A DNA stretch of 25,939 nt from a virus (taxonomy: Duplodnaviria > Caudoviricetes): IMG/VR virus record IMGVR_UViG_3300044475_000311, positions 1-25,939 of that record; one strand, 5' to 3'. The notes beneath the pieces were generated by a model. It was not told where the DNA came from. It did not search any database and saw only the letters and a program-made list of their open reading frames with translations. A program made the position numbers and the translations under genes. The number at the start of each line of letters is the position of its first letter. Position 1 is the stretch's first letter. Positions 25,547 through 25,939 of this stretch are shown piece after piece.

Positions 25547-25939
25547 ATGGAGCCTGTCTCTACAAGTAGTTTTGGATTAACAGCACTTTTAAAATTTTAT
25601 GGTGCGGCAATTATGGTGACCTTAGCTGTGGCTTTAGTCGCTGCAGTCGTTTTGATGACGCGTATGCCACGCTCACCACAAGAGTGGGCTGTCGGCTTAA
25701 TTTGCACAGTGGTCTCCAGTCTAGCAGGTGGTTCATTCATCATTGTTAAATTTGCACTACATTCATGGGTGACTGACATTTGGGGGATGATCACGCTGGG
25801 TGGCTTCTTCTTTGTATGCGGATTACCTGGTTGGGCTGTTGTTCGGTGGACATTTAACTTCATCAATAAACAGGAGGGGAAGACCATTATTGAAGTGGTG
25901 AAAGATCTTAAAGCATCAAAGGATGAATTAACCAAATAA
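25547..25939 (+). CDS. Holin (130 aa)
   Basis: GGGG RBS before ATG 25547; three hydrophobic segments and a charged C-terminus; position after the tail genes. Confidence 0.78.
   Translation: MEPVSTSSFGLTALLKFYGAAIMVTLAVALVAAVVLMTRMPRSPQEWAVGLICTVVSSLAGGSFIIVKFALHSWVTDIWGMITLGGFFFVCGLPGWAVVRWTFNFINKQEGKTIIEVVKDLKASKDELTK

Larger units (their letters stand above)
1..25939 (+). mobile_element. Temperate siphovirus-like phage/prophage structural and lysis region (partial), probably Acinetobacter
   Basis: Co-oriented terminase, portal, protease, capsid, connectors, tail tube, tape measure, tail tip and holin genes; no sheath gene; repressor and antirepressor present. No att site, integrase or host genes in the window. 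Confidence 0.95.

Noticed and set aside
15169-25935. Minus-strand and alternate-frame ORFs within tape measure, tail tip and holin genes
   Set aside because: Antisense shadows of Ala/Thr-rich coding sequence; no independent support.
1-25939. CRISPR array, tRNA, rRNA, IS element, att site
   Set aside because: No regularly spaced repeats, cloverleaf, transposase or integrase detected by eye.

Overview
This window is the virion-morphogenesis (late) region of a temperate siphovirus-type phage or prophage. The host is most likely Acinetobacter, judged from recalled similarity of the holin, tail and moron proteins; no search was run. The + strand order is: end of terS, terL, DUF935 portal, MuF minor head protein, protease/scaffold, head decoration, lambda-E-like capsid, head-tail connectors, tail tube, tail chaperone, an accessory block, tape measure, tail tip and fibre genes, holin. 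No sheath gene is present. The accessory block (~10.2-14.3 kb) is AT-rich and holds three units. (i) The best candidate for a new system is a lipoprotein whose middle resembles the filamentous-phage pIII/TspB adsorption protein and whose C-terminus looks like an Ntox16-type polymorphic toxin; a tightly coupled DUF6714-like putative immunity gene follows. (ii) A P22 immI-like module (Arc-like gene, antisense sar-like RNA, antirepressor) sits opposite a divergent XRE-S24 repressor that has lost both catalytic residues. (iii) A small membrane peptide has an antisense-RNA layout resembling a type I toxin-antitoxin locus. Other oddities are an apparently inactive ADP-ribosyltransferase-like tail on MuF, a fused tail chaperone, and a 30-bp terminator duplicated on both sides of the tape measure gene. 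All family assignments come from motif recognition and memory, not database searches.
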